The notes under the pieces were generated by a model. The model made no database searches and had not been told where the DNA came from. It saw only the letters and a list, made by a program, of their open reading frames with translations. Both the position numbers and the translations under genes were made by a program. From NCBI GenBank assembly GCA_037447605.1, contig CM074812.1, positions 1,054,001 to 1,118,000 of the forward strand: 64,000 nucleotides of DNA, given 5' to 3'. Below, in pieces: positions 1-12,400 of this stretch (positions within the stretch are counted from its first letter, which is position 1; every line of letters begins with the position of its first letter). The DNA comes from Zygnema circumcarinatum SAG 698-1b (lineage: Eukaryota; Plantae; Zygnematophyceae).

Positions 1-38
1 GAGGAGGGAGGGAGAGGGGGGGGGGTGGATAAATTCAC

Positions 39-849
39 CTGTTCCGTTCCAATCCTGTCATGAAGGCAGCCTCAGCAATAGCCGCCAGTAATGTGCCCAT
101 ATATGTAGGCCCCGTTTCGGGCCCCAAAACTGCAAACTCACTCACGAAAGCCTGGAGAGAAGCACACTTTTATTCAGGAGAGAACGGAAACGGTTTGCCC
201 TCTAAGCGGGCTGATAACGGGACTTGAAATATCAGATGAGTTGTAAGGGGGACGAGATGAGGATGGGCTACAAGGCGCAGAGGCTTTAAAGCGAACCTTG
301 GGGCCTGTGCGGTTAACTCGATCGAACACGTGGGCGTATGCAGACATGACAGCTGTATTGGTATAAACCTGCCCCATACATTATCACAACTATCAGCTCA
401 AGCGATTGCGAAAAATCAGCATGTGGGCTTAATTGTCTACAAACATGTTCGCAGTCTGATGACAGACATGGATGCTGGAGGGCTGATGCCTGGCCACATC
501 CATAATACTTTGCAGAGGCAGACTTAGTGAATGGGAATACTGACGTGGAAATCGTAAAGGTCTGCAGGGTGATCCAAAGGAAGCCATGTTGCATCGCAGT
601 TGGAGATCAGCTGAATATCGGGATAACCTGCTTTGATTGCTTCATAGAACCGCATGTAGCTTCCTGAGAGGGAGGGGCCGCAGCACTGTCAATTCCTTGC
701 CAGGATCTACCCAGACAAATATTGCGGCACAGACTTCAGACAAAGTTTGAAAGGCAACACTCGTAAAGATCAATCAGAAAAGTCGGAAGCAGACACATAA
801 AAGCATATGCATGTGTTCCGGTATTCCCTGCCATTCAGATCAAAGAAAG

Positions 850-895
<46 letters not shown>

Positions 896-3800
896 CTACA
901 AAGTCAGATGGGGCTCATAGCACCTGAACAAAATGGAAAGGTCAAAGAAAAGCGATGATTCAAATAGAGTTTTTCCAAGAATAAGCAGCAATGGTTATAG
1001 CCAATAACTGCTCACCACGATAGTTGGCAGCGCCGCAGTCTTCATTTCCGATGGCAACGTACTTAAGGTCAAACGGCTCGGAATGACCCATGGATGCTCG
1101 CACTTTCCCCCATGTGCTATTTGCAGGACCCCGTGCGAACTCGATTCCATCCAGAATGTCCTATCGGGAGTGCCCATCCCATCCATGCCATGGCTTTGTT
1201 AAGTGTAGGCATGCATATGCATACTTGTTGCCGCAACAACCTCATCATTTCCTTGTGCAAGTTCAAGTTTATGTGCGCCCCTTGGCAACATTCATAGCAG
1301 AATATCCAACCTGCCGGTCTCGGACATGACTAATCAACAGGCATTACTAGGACATTTTCAGTCGCACAAGAGAGAACCTCGACAAGCATTAAAGGACGAA
1401 GGTTGCAAGGGCACCTTTATGAAGGGACCTAGAGTGGGATAGTACACTTGTTCGGAGTGACTGATGCCTGCAAACACATACCAGTGAAGTAACTCACTGA
1501 AAGAGACGAGCACTCACACTAACAGCCATCTCAGAGCCATCTCATCTCTCTCAGCTTCTCTACCATCCTCCTCCAGCCTTCCCTAAGATTACCGTGATCG
1601 CAAATCATCCCTCAACAAGAAATACTCTAAAAGTCCCAATTATGAAGCATATCTGAGTCAATGCAAAGAAACTTACCATTGTTGAACACCCATACAGGTG
1701 CGGCGTTGAGATCTTCTGCAAACTGCAGATATTCATACAGCCCAAGCCCATCATCTGACCAATAATTCCACACTCCGTTGAAGTGGCCGGGCCGCTCCTC
1801 CTTTGAACCCACTGACTGTCGCCACCGAAAGGAGTGCGCCAAGTGGTCTCCCTCCACATAGCAACCACCTGCTCAAACATTCACTCTCTCCTTTATAGCT
1901 GACAAAGTGTCCATGCATGGGACACCGCGATTCACCACCTCGCTCAAATCCAGAAAGTGCGTCAAAAAAGCAAAACAAGTTCTGCAAAGAGGAAAAAGAA
2001 ATTTACAGGGAAGCTATGAAGGACTGAATGCATGAAGGACTGAATGCAAGCCATGCTTGACCAACATAGACTCTCTAATACGCACACATGGAATAAAATT
2101 CCGAGTAGTCTTCGAAGGGGTAACAAAAAGCATTGTCACAGAAACTAGAAGAAAGAACAGAGTGGCAACAGGCAGGGCTGCACCAGGAAAGCGAAGGAAG
2201 CCAGGGTTCAGGGCAGCCAAAGCCTCTGCCAGGTCCTTCCTCATGCCATGGCCCTGTGCTTCACAGCCAAAGCAACCACTTGCCATATAAGTGGCTGCTC
2301 CAAAACATCACTTTCAAGGCTTTCGACACTGGAGAGCTGCAACACCAACATTTATGCCGGAAAGCTGGCAAAAAAACGCCCTTACAAATCCTTCTCTGGA
2401 CGACACACGAGAGACCAAAAAGTTCGTTGTCTATATGGGCTAACTAACTAGCAAGTGCTGCAAAACCATGGGTTCGTGATTGTTCAGCTTATGCGGATTG
2501 AAAGATTGAACAGGAAAGAACCTCTAAATGGCACCTTGAATGTTTGAGCAGGAACTGCCGACACTTGGTCGATCCAAATGCTCCCGCTGTTCTTAGTTGT
2601 GAGAGCCAAATGGCCCATTTTGTCCGAACTCAGGGCCTTGATCACCACTTCCTGTTTATGCCACGTGGCAGCCTCCGATTCGTTGGCCCTGGTTGAGCAA
2701 GGGTCGAGCATGGGAATAGTTCAGCTGACATTCCATCGTACCGTCACTTGCTGTCCATTGTAACTAAGAAAATAGACTAATAAAAAATAGAATAGTGAAA
2801 ATCGTGAAAATAGAATAATGTGTTCTCTATCACTGGGTCTCCTCCAGTGGTGCCGTCTTTATCAGCTAGAACGAGAAAAAAAAACTCTGCAAAAGAAATT
2901 CGAATCGGACCGGATGATGAAGGATGGTGACACCAGCATTGTCCCAGCAACAGCACGGAAGCTTAAATTCAGACGGTTAGATGTAAAAAGCAACATTCGC
3001 AATGAACCTTGATAACTTAAACCATTTTGCATAAGAAACTAATCTTGAGCAAAGACTAAGAACGTCCATTTCAACTGTGACGTTTCATGGTTTTCATTTT
3101 TAAGGGGTAAGTTAGTCAAAACCCTCTTTGTCCTCCACTCCAAGTCCCCACAAAGACAGGCATTGAAAGAACAACATACAAGATTTTGGCGAACCCCAAC
3201 ACGCGTAGATTGTCGGAAGAGCGGAGAGAGACAGCAAGATCGACGGCAGTCGTTGCCCGTAGCCAGAGAGAAACCCGATATTTAGCTCCTTCTTTAATAT
3301 TCTGTCACCACATTGTAATCAACATGTCAGTTGCAAATCCGTGTCCTACCTTAAGAGCATATGCAAAGAAACCAAGAGGTTGCCGTCCACTCAAATTCTG
3401 ATTTTAGACTTGCAGTCAGATCTCAGGAGGTGCATTCGCAGAAGCCTAAATGGCAGTTATCACTGTGCTTAAAAAGGTGAGCCTCACCATAAAGTTGCTT
3501 TTGCTAAAAATCCGGCTGCTTTATGTTATGCTTCTTGCTGAACCAGTCATTATTATGATGCTCGAGCAGATTGCAGAAATCAAGCTGAGCAAAGCAAGTC
3601 TCACCATGCCCCAGTAGCCTGGATTGACGACTCCAACACCATCCAAGCAGTCCACATTTCTGTCTCGAGACTCAGTGCATCGAACATCCATCCGTAATGC
3701 GATGGGATTGCGATTAAAGCAAGATGTGCGCTCTGTTTCAAGCCATACTTGCTCCTCTGTTCCTACTGGCAACCACGGATGAATGCTAGAGGGAGTGTTG

Positions 3801-4643
3801 GGTCCGCCAGCCTCAAATCCTGTCAACAAAAAGGAAACAAACAAATAACTGAAATGTCTATCAAAAGGGGAGGGTACTCATTAATCTCACCTACGCCAAT
3901 TCATTGAAAAAGGTCACGCTACCTTTGTTCTGAACGAGTTCAGCGTCCAATCCGCCTACACCAGCATTGTTGATTTCCTGATAAAAACAACCACATCTGT
4001 TTAGAAAAAAAACACTAGAGAGCACTCAGCCGCTCCTCAACTGCACCATCCCACCAAACAGTACTACAGGTACAAACGAGAACGTATCGAGTGTGCATTC
4101 TTAACGTATCGCCAACCAAGGACTTTAAATCAATGCAGTTGCGGCTCTATGTTAAAACATCGCCAAGAGAGCATCCAATGCAATGCAGTAACCTTTTACA
4201 AAAGCCAGCAACATGGACCATGGAGCATGCAACAACATGGAACTGGAGTTACAGCACGCCTCACGAAGGAAGGAAAGCCGGAGCAGGACAAGGACCTGCT
4301 CTCATATGCAGGAGAAAACAATGCTCCGCCGTACCTCAAAAAAAATTCCGAACAGCGTGTCAGGATGCTTCCGTCCGTTCGCTCCTGCATGCACCGTCAA
4401 CACTCCGTCCACGTCCTCATCCCCTCTGTCTTTCAAGACCTCCTCGCTGCCCTCCACCTGCATTCTCTGCCCCGCAGAATCCATCGCGGCTTCCGTCGCG
4501 CGAGCCAACAGCGCTTGGCGTCTTCCCCTTGCAGGGAAATGCGCTGCAAGATCCCCCCTCTGCGGCTCCGCCATGGCTGCACCAGCAGCAACTATGGCGG
4601 AGAGCAGCACAAGAAGAATGCGGCGGAGGAATGGGCCCGCCAT
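39..4643 (-). CDS. ASD1: Alpha-L-arabinofuranosidase, glycoside hydrolase family 51 (secreted); 3' end lies beyond the window start
   Basis: Phase-consistent GT-AG exons: 4643-4335 (signal peptide MAGPFLRRILLVLLSAIVAAGAAMA... to DTLFGIFFE), 3977-3923 (EINNAGVGGLDAELVQNK), 3819-3605 (GFEAGGPNTPS...VVNPGYWGM), 3301-3180, 2688-2535 (GSIWIDQVSAVP), 2253-2184 (LNPGFLRFPG), 1868-1677 (GGCYVEG...YWSDDGLG), 1467-1415, 1160-1016 (YVAIGNEDCG, acid/base Glu), 663-545 (DLYDFH), 368-297, 151-39 (AFVSEFAV, nucleophile Glu). The motifs match plant ASD/ARAF enzymes. Confidence 0.95.
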
Positions 4644-4705
4644 GGCTGCAGACGGGTCGCAATGCAAACAATGGAGGGCGTCTCGTCTCTGGAGGGAGAG
4701 AGTGA

Positions 4706-5034
4706 CAGGGTGGGTTTCCATCAGCCCGTTATTCCGACGTGGCGTCGTAATGGAGGACGACCCATGGGTTCCATGAGGCCGTTTCCGCCAACGTGGCGCC
4801 GACGTGGCTGCCACGTGGTAACGAGGCACCGTTCCACAGGATGCTGCTCCGGAGGTGGTGTAACGCCATTACGACCATTCGCGTGCCGCCACGTGGCTAT
4901 CAAAGATCCGCAAGCGTGCGACTGCCACGCTGGCCAACGGCGTTCTGATGGAACTCGTCGTTCCATCTGAAAACGGCATCCTACGTGGACCGTAACGAGC
5001 TCGTTACGAAACGGGCTGATGGAAACCCACCCTG
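4706..5034. mobile_element. MITE-like element with 25-bp terminal inverted repeats, just upstream of the ASD start codon
   Basis: CAGGGTGGGTTTCCATCAGCCCGTT at 4706-4730 is the exact reverse complement of AACGGGCTGATGGAAACCCACCCTG at 5010-5034. The interior has no gene and carries repeated ACGTGG motifs. No target-site duplication is recognisable. Confidence 0.65.
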
Positions 5035-5380
5035 AGGGAGCGAGGGAGGGAGAGAGGAGGGAGGGAGGGAGAGAGGAGTTGCTGCCACGTGGCGCCACGT
5101 AGGCAGCGGTGATCCTGCAGCTCCCCTCTCCAGAGGGCATCGTATCGAGATATCAACGACGACATCTGTGAAATATCTCGATATATCATTAATATACGCA
5201 CCCACGGATGCGATATCCTTACACGTGGCAGTGAAGTGTTGCTTTGACAGGGGTAAGCTCACATACACATCGGACGGTCTGGTGGACACAATGACACATG
5301 GCACCATCTTTACCGTCCATGTGTTTCAAGAAATACTCAGTTTGTCGCATTTGCCTCGTGGCAGATTTTGTCCACGTGGC
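4737..5380. promoter_or_regulatory. G-box/ABRE-like (ACGTGG/CACGTG) cluster in the divergent ASD / permease promoter
   Basis: ACGTGG starts at 4737, 4791, 4802, 4813, 4891, 4983, 5087, 5223 and 5374, with a reverse-strand copy at 5095-5100. The cluster lies between head-to-head ATGs at 4643 and 5611. Confidence 0.5.
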
Positions 5381-5610
5381 GATGCTCAGCCCGAGGAGCG
5401 CTGCCGATATTTGAGGATATATCATATGATTCATATTCCGATACATTAATATCTCGAATCGATACGAAACGCAACTTCCGGGTACAGTCGCCCTCCGCGG
5501 ACCTCCTGCCATCTATTGGCGGACCTCCCCTCCCCTTCCGGCCTCGACCCTCCTTCCCTCCCTCCCTCACAGGCGAGCGAGGAGAGAGAGAGAGCAGCGG
5601 AGTTCTGGCC

Positions 5611-8600
5611 ATGGCGACTGCGGAGGAGGAGGTGCCGGGGGGCGCAGACTCCGGAGAGAGGCGTCTGAACGATATCGGGTACCAGCAGGCGCTCAGACGC
5701 GATTTGGTGAGCGACTTGTATGGAAGCCAAGGGAAATTGGAGACGCGGCTCGCATGTTTGGATAGTTTTTTCAGACGGCAGTTGTCGGAATGAGGCTGAA
5801 AGAATGCAATCATTTTTGCATGTCTCGTTTCTGGAAAATTTATAACTCTTCAAAATCTTTTCAAGAGAAGATTCCGGCAAGGAGTATTCGTCATTGAGGG
5901 TATCCTGTAGCGCATCGTCCAATCCAGCTCTCCATGTCTGATAAAATGCTTACATGGCAAGCCTAGACTGGTCCCTGAAACCGACCCATAAACGCAGTTT
6001 AAACTCAATAGCCCAATTATTTCTGTAATATGCAGTATAACTTGTTATGCTCAAGATATCTTTCGTCTGTGAAAAAAAAAAGCCTGTTCAAATCGTGCAT
6101 GCCATCTCCCGCCTATTGCTATTCGTTTCCTTTGACTGTAGTTTGTTCAAAAGCTATAAAGCCTTTGGAGTTTTATATGTGAAAGGGATTATCACACGCT
6201 TTCGCTGGAGGGCATGCAGACTGGTGCTTCGAGCTACTACCTTGCGCTCTCCCTCTTTGCGACTCCTCTCACTGTCACCTCTCTTTACACTCTCGGATTC
6301 TACAATGGAGGTCCGGTCACCATAATCTGGGGTTGGCTCATCGTTGCCTTCTTCTCTGCCTTCGTGGTTTTATCCATGGCGGAGATTCTTTCATCATTGC
6401 CGGTTCGTAAACTGACTCTACTGGTTCCTTTGGGACTGTAAAAATTCTCGCTCGCTCCATCTATCTGTCGTACGGATGGAAAGAGTTAGGCATAGCGGTG
6501 AAATACTACGAACTTACTTCAGGAATGCTCGTGAACTCGGGTATGGACGTTCTAGTTGGTTAGTTTCCTAGCTCTCTCTTTGGTTCGGTATCAAAGATAC
6601 ATAATGAGATTAGTATTCATGGTTCGAGGTTTCACGGTTCGAGGCCGGGCAAGAAGAAGGAGGCTCTCACTAAGGTTCGTAAGATTGTGCTTTATGGCCG
6701 AATGTTCGCAGAAGTGATCTCAGCCATCTGAAGAATGATTCGCGCGGGTGCAGACGGCTGGAGGGCCCTACACTCAGGCCTTTATTTTGGGAGGAGAAAA
6801 ATGGGGTCCATTGGCGAGCTGGTGGGCCGGGTGAGAATCACAGCCTTCATTACGTCGCTACGTACTTATTTTTACCTTTACTAAAGCCCTAAATTTTAGG
6901 GCATGGAAACCAGGTTCAAGGAAACCTAAGCTCTTAGTTTGGGTTCAGATTAGAGCTGAATGAAAAAATGCCCTCGTAAGCTCATGTTTGAATGCTCTTG
7001 TGTAGTCACTTCCATAACCATGTCATTGTAATGCATGTTTTTGTTATACTGCCCTACATTACCTTCACGGATCTCAATGAAATATGCAGAACCTTTTCGA
7101 AGAACTGCTTGATTTGAATGATAGCAAAGGTTGACTGTCTCTCAGCCTCCTCTGACATCTGCTAATTGTTACTTTGTAAATAGCTAACCAACGATGATCT
7201 ACTTCTGGATGTATTGAAAGGTTGCAGGTGGCTCAATTGGGCGGCTTTCGTGAGCGGAATTTCCAGCTTGAATTATATCATGGCCCAATTTATAGGTGTA
7301 ATGATTCTCCTCGCTACAGGCCACTATCCTTCCCAGCGTATACTGTTCGCTATCGCAGGCGCAGCGGCGGTCATTGAAACAATCTTTAATCTATTTCCCG
7401 TTCGCATTGTTGGATTTGTTGCAACATTGGGAGCAGTTTGGACTGCAATTGCTTCACTTCTCCTTGTGGTGCTCATCCCATCTCTCGCTCCCAGACATCA
7501 AACTTTCTCTTATGTATTTACTACGTTCTACGACAATTCAGCTGCGTCAGGTCTCCAATCCCCGATCTATCTATTCTGCGTAGGGCTTATGATGGGTCAG
7601 TATCTACTTTTACGGTTTGATGCAAACGGCCACTTGTCAGAGGAGACAAAGGGAAGCAACTCCTCAGCAGCTTGGGCTATGGTCTGGGCTTTCGTTAGCA
7701 CCATTATTTCAGGGTTCGCTCTGCTGCTGGCCATCACCTTCAGGTTAGTCCTATCCCCATATTTAGTACCACAAATAATAGTAATAATAGTTTTGGATTG
7801 TATCCCAGACCCTGTTTGGTTGTCTCTTAATTAACAACTTGGCAGATTGCGTTGATGTTGAACTAAGGGGTCAAAGTTATGTATGGAGGTGAGAGAGAGG
7901 GCGGGAGATGATGACTTTTTAGGGCCGTGATGTGGGTTCAGCATTCAGGATCCCAACAATGTGCTGAACCCTGACAACCAAACCGGAGGGGCATTTGCTG
8001 CACCTCAAATTTACTATGACGTTTTCTACACTCGTTATGGGTCCGGCGTTGGTGCTATCGCTGTGGTTGGGGGAATCACCGTTTGCGGAATTTTCGGCAA
8101 CACTGCATCACTGGCTGCTGCCTCTCGCCTGGTAAAGTGAAGAGTGGTCTATTGACGTGATTTTGCTTTATAAAACTCTGACAGTTTAGATATGAACAGC
8201 TTGCTTACTGTGAATCAACGTAGAGTAGAGTATTTTGTTTGCTTGCTGCAGATGGGTGTAGATTGAAAGAATGTCCTTTTGCAGGAACATGCACTAAAGG
8301 AAGTGTGGGTTTGGGTTTCCAAAAAGCAGCTTTGGGCTATGGGCCGAGATGGCGCCATTCCTCCATCCTCGATGTGGGCGTACCTTACCCCACAAGGACG
8401 GGTCCCTCTCTTTTCAGTGCTACTCACAGCCCTCCTCTCTCTCGCCTTCATAGCTCCGGTGTGTTGGAGCCCTTTGACTTTCGACGCCCTCACTTCCTTC
8501 ACAGCCATAGCCACATATTGGGCCTACGGTGTGCCCATATTGATGAAGCTCCTATATGGGCGGGCTCGTTTTGAGCCCGGCCCACTTAGTCTTGGGAGAT

Positions 8601-8875
8601 GGAGTGTCTTCGTAAACGCGGTGGCCCTATTGTGGATCTGTTGGACGTCAGTTCTGTTCTGTTTGCCCCCGACATTCCCTGTTACATGGAACACCACTAA
8701 CTTTGCACCCATCACTTTTGGGGCCCTCTTCATTGTTGTGACTCTGCCTTGGCTTTTTCCAATGACTCTCTTTAACTTCCAGGGTCCGCCTGTCAAGCTT
8801 TGGCAGGGGGGTCAGTACAGCGCCGTCAGGCGGACTTCCTCTGCGAGAATTAGGCACAGAGTGATGGATGAGTAG
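5611..8875 (+). CDS. BAT1: APC-superfamily amino-acid/choline permease, BAT1-like (divergent)
   Basis: Exons 5611-5706 (DSGERRLNDIGYQQALRRDL), 6220-6402 (GGPVTIIWGW...SMAEILSSLP), 6754-6830 (TAGGPY...WGPLASWWAG), 7228-7743 (WLNW...DANGHLSEETK), 7942-8131 (IQDPNNVLNPDN...ASRL), 8330-8875 (WAMGRDGAIP...FEPGPLSLGRWS...NFAP..., stop TAG). The motif order matches Arabidopsis BAT1 and fungal GABA/choline permeases. Confidence 0.9.
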
Positions 8876-9492
8876 CGCGGTTTATAGGGCACAGTGCCTC
8901 TGTACATATTGCAATTTTGTACTTAAGATGTGAATGCAGATAAGGGTTTTTTGGAGAAGATTTTTGTCCCAGTTTTGTGTTTTGTAAAAGTCAGTAAACT
9001 GACAAAGCCTTACAACCATTCCCATGTCATTATTATTATTATTATTATTCTCATGTATTATGTAAGCCAAAAGTCAAGAAAGCAAAACCTCCAAAACCTC
9101 AAGCAGACTAGTCTGAGTCCGGTTCAGGTCTGCAAAAGCCAAGCGAAACAACACTAGGCCACACTTTGGACATTCAAAATCTTGATAGTATGAAGAAGGC
9201 TCCTTCCTCATCAAACCATACATAAACTCTTTCCCAGCGCGACGACCGGCTTATTATTAAGGCATTTTTCGCCCACCTACTTCAATACAAGGCTAAAAAA
9301 AAAAAAAAACTAGACCCAGCACTCGCATGCTCCCTACTCGTGTTTAGAGGCTGCCGTTTTCACTATATGTGAAAGCTGGTTTAGGACATGAGCCCACAAT
9401 GTGTCTGGATACAACTTTCTACAGCTTACCACCATTCACAATGCTTCCCGTGGCAGTAAATAATACGGAGGTAGAAACGTGCTCTCTGCTCC

Positions 9493-12400
9493 TCAGCTTG
9501 TCTTCCACGGTTTCACTTGAATCACGATCACAGCAATAACGATGATGACAACGATGATGAGGGTCGTAACTCCGCAACAGATCCACTGCATAACATTTGG
9601 AAAAAACGACAAAGTGTTAAGGATGGAGGTATGTTCATATAAAAACATATGGCTATCATCTGTATGATTCTTATTTGAGTGTTGAACCCTTGGAGCAAAG
9701 CAAAATCATAGGTGGGTTTTGGAGGTTGAGAGAAGGTACGATAACATGCCTTCCAGGAAACAGTTCTTCATTTTGCTTCAACAGTAAGTCAGATGGTTAG
9801 TCGGTCAGTTCAAGATCTTAGGGTTACATATGCAAAGCACGAACTCACCTTGCGGGTATTAATCTGCAACGCTCTGGCCTTAACCAGCATCTTATTCCCT
9901 TTCTCGACGTGTTCCACAGCTCCAACCACCTGCAACAATAGGCAATCTCAATGACGTTTATGTTACAAACAAAAGAAAGTCCTGAAGCGGGTTCAAGAAA
10001 AGAAGAGAAAGTCGTATAGTTTATCAGTAACATGAAATGATGTGAAGCTGATGGATCTGTTACAGCTTATCAGAGAAAAAGATGACAGAGAGTGTGCCTG
10101 CAGTTACATCGCCAGAAGCAGGAAGAAACTGCTACTTGCGCTACTCAAACAGACAAGGGTTCTATTGCAGCGACCATCTTGGGAGAGCATGTGTGCAGGC
10201 CCAATAAGAGGCCATTGCTTGTGAATATTGAAAAAATCTTGCCATTGTTAAAAAAAACGACCGGACAAGAAAAATGCCCATCTCCAGTGCAGACTGCAAC
10301 AGTCAGATGCTGCACTAGGACCTTTCGAAATTGGGGTGTTCTCATGAAAACAGGTCCAACAAGACGACGAAGAAATTCAAGAATACCACACAAGTATACA
10401 TACGCAGCACAAGCAGCAAAGACTTCATGACTACCTCAATATTACCTAACCCCTTAAGCATCTACTGACAACGGGGAGCAAACGAAGCAAGCCGAACTAG
10501 CCTACTGCAAAAAACAGTACAAGAAGAAGATTACATAAAGCCCTTACATTGTTCTCGATGTCGTCAAGAAGTTCTTGCTGAGATTCCACGAGGGTAGCCA
10601 TGTCCATGAAGATCTGCTCCCATCCGTACCAAAGTCAGCATCCACTTTACATGCCTTCAGGTTTGGGATCAACAGAAGCACATCCATTGTTGCCATCCTT
10701 CAGACAACCGCCACTATAAAACCCTAAAAACCCTAAAAAAACCCTAAAATGTTAAAGCTAGCCTGTTGGCATCGGCCTCCACTCTAGCTGAAAGAAACAA
10801 CGCGTAGCAGTCGCTCCTTCTTGGTATCGAGATGAAAAAATAAAGCCATCTCAGTCTCAATGCCAATAAGGGTCTCTAACCGAGAAGGCAATGGTCATGA
10901 TTCATACAGAATGCAGCTCCAACAACTGCTTTTCGATCTCCTTCACAGCATCATGGCGTTCCTCAATTTCCTTGAGGGTGTCCAACACCTGCGATAACAT
11001 GCAGCCACCAACTAATTGTCAGTCCTGCAAGGAATGATTGGAGGATAGGTCCGAATAAAAAGGAAAGGAAAAGCGGTAAGTCGCACATCGAAAAGCAGCT
11101 CCGACATTGGCTATGCACAATGCATGCTGAGAAAGAAGGTCAGCACAAACTCAAATCCCAACATCTCACCAACTACAACTTGCTCAGTATGCTCATGATT
11201 AATCGGATATGGTGCATCCGACGATACAAGAAGACGAGTGAACAGTTCAAGGGAAGGCAAGCCACACCACCATCACGAAAATTCTCGATTCGATTGCATT
11301 ACCTCCGAACGTCACATGAAAGAGAGAACTATTGCTTTGAACTTAGGAAAGTTCTTTGATGTAGCGATTCAACGAGCTAATTAATAATTAATTCAAGGCA
11401 AATCTCACACCTGTCCTCGGCCTTGCTCCTGAATGGCCTTACGGAATATAGCTTCAGCATCTCCGCTTTCGACCAGATCCTCCACCATCTGCAAAAAAAA
11501 AAAAGGAAGAAAAAGTGGAGACAAAGAACAGACATGGAGCAAGTCATGAGCAAACGCAGGAAGTTCTTTAACACCAATCCGTAATCAAGGGTGGAAACTT
11601 TTTATCTCATTCCAGCCGCTGCAGCCTACCAATGCAGCCTCTCCTTCTCCTCTCCTTCTCCTCTCCTTCTCCTCTCCTTCTCCTCTCTTTCTCCTCTCTT
11701 TCTCCTCTCTTTCTCCTCTTTTTCTCCTTGGCTTCCTGCAGCAGCTATCTCTAAGCCAAATATGCTTCAGGCAGTCGGGTAAACGATAGGGTCATTCTTA
11801 CATTCTCATCGGGTTTTTCGCCGGTTACTGGTACGCCCAAAATCCCCTCATCCCCAACAAAAGTACAAATTAAGGACGATGAAAAATAACGAAATAAAGA
11901 AAACCTTGGAAGCATGGAGCCAATTTTTCAACATATCAGATACACAGTCTTTAGGGAGTTGGGTAAGAGAAACGCAAAATCAACTGAACAACAGAAGACA
12001 GGAGAACACCATGGATATTGCTCATTGAATGTCACACCACCACCGAAAATCCATATAATTGGGATTGTACGACAAAATCGGAGACAAAACAATATATATG
12101 GATGAGCGGGGCTTGCCTGTATAGTATCGCCGTTCCACCGTTTCCTTGTACTCGGCTGACATCTTACCCCTTAAATCCTGCAGAACAAGGTACCTTGTAA
12201 AGCTTAGTCCAGCATCGCTTGAAATAGGCACAGTGTTAGGTTATAAACCTTGGTCATTGTCCCCCACTTGGCAAAACGAGAATGATGCTGCTTTGAATTG
12301 ATGTCCAACTAATCAGCCACTGTTAAGTAGAAATACATACTGCACGCAGGACAGAATAATAAGGGTGTGGCTTCTATAAATTACTGACACACCTGAAATT

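Noticed and set aside
5130-5490. Possible second MITE with GATATC/CGATAC-rich subterminal repeats
   Set aside because: Only a 6-8 bp imperfect terminal match (GAGGGC/GCCCTC) and no TSD; too weak to call.
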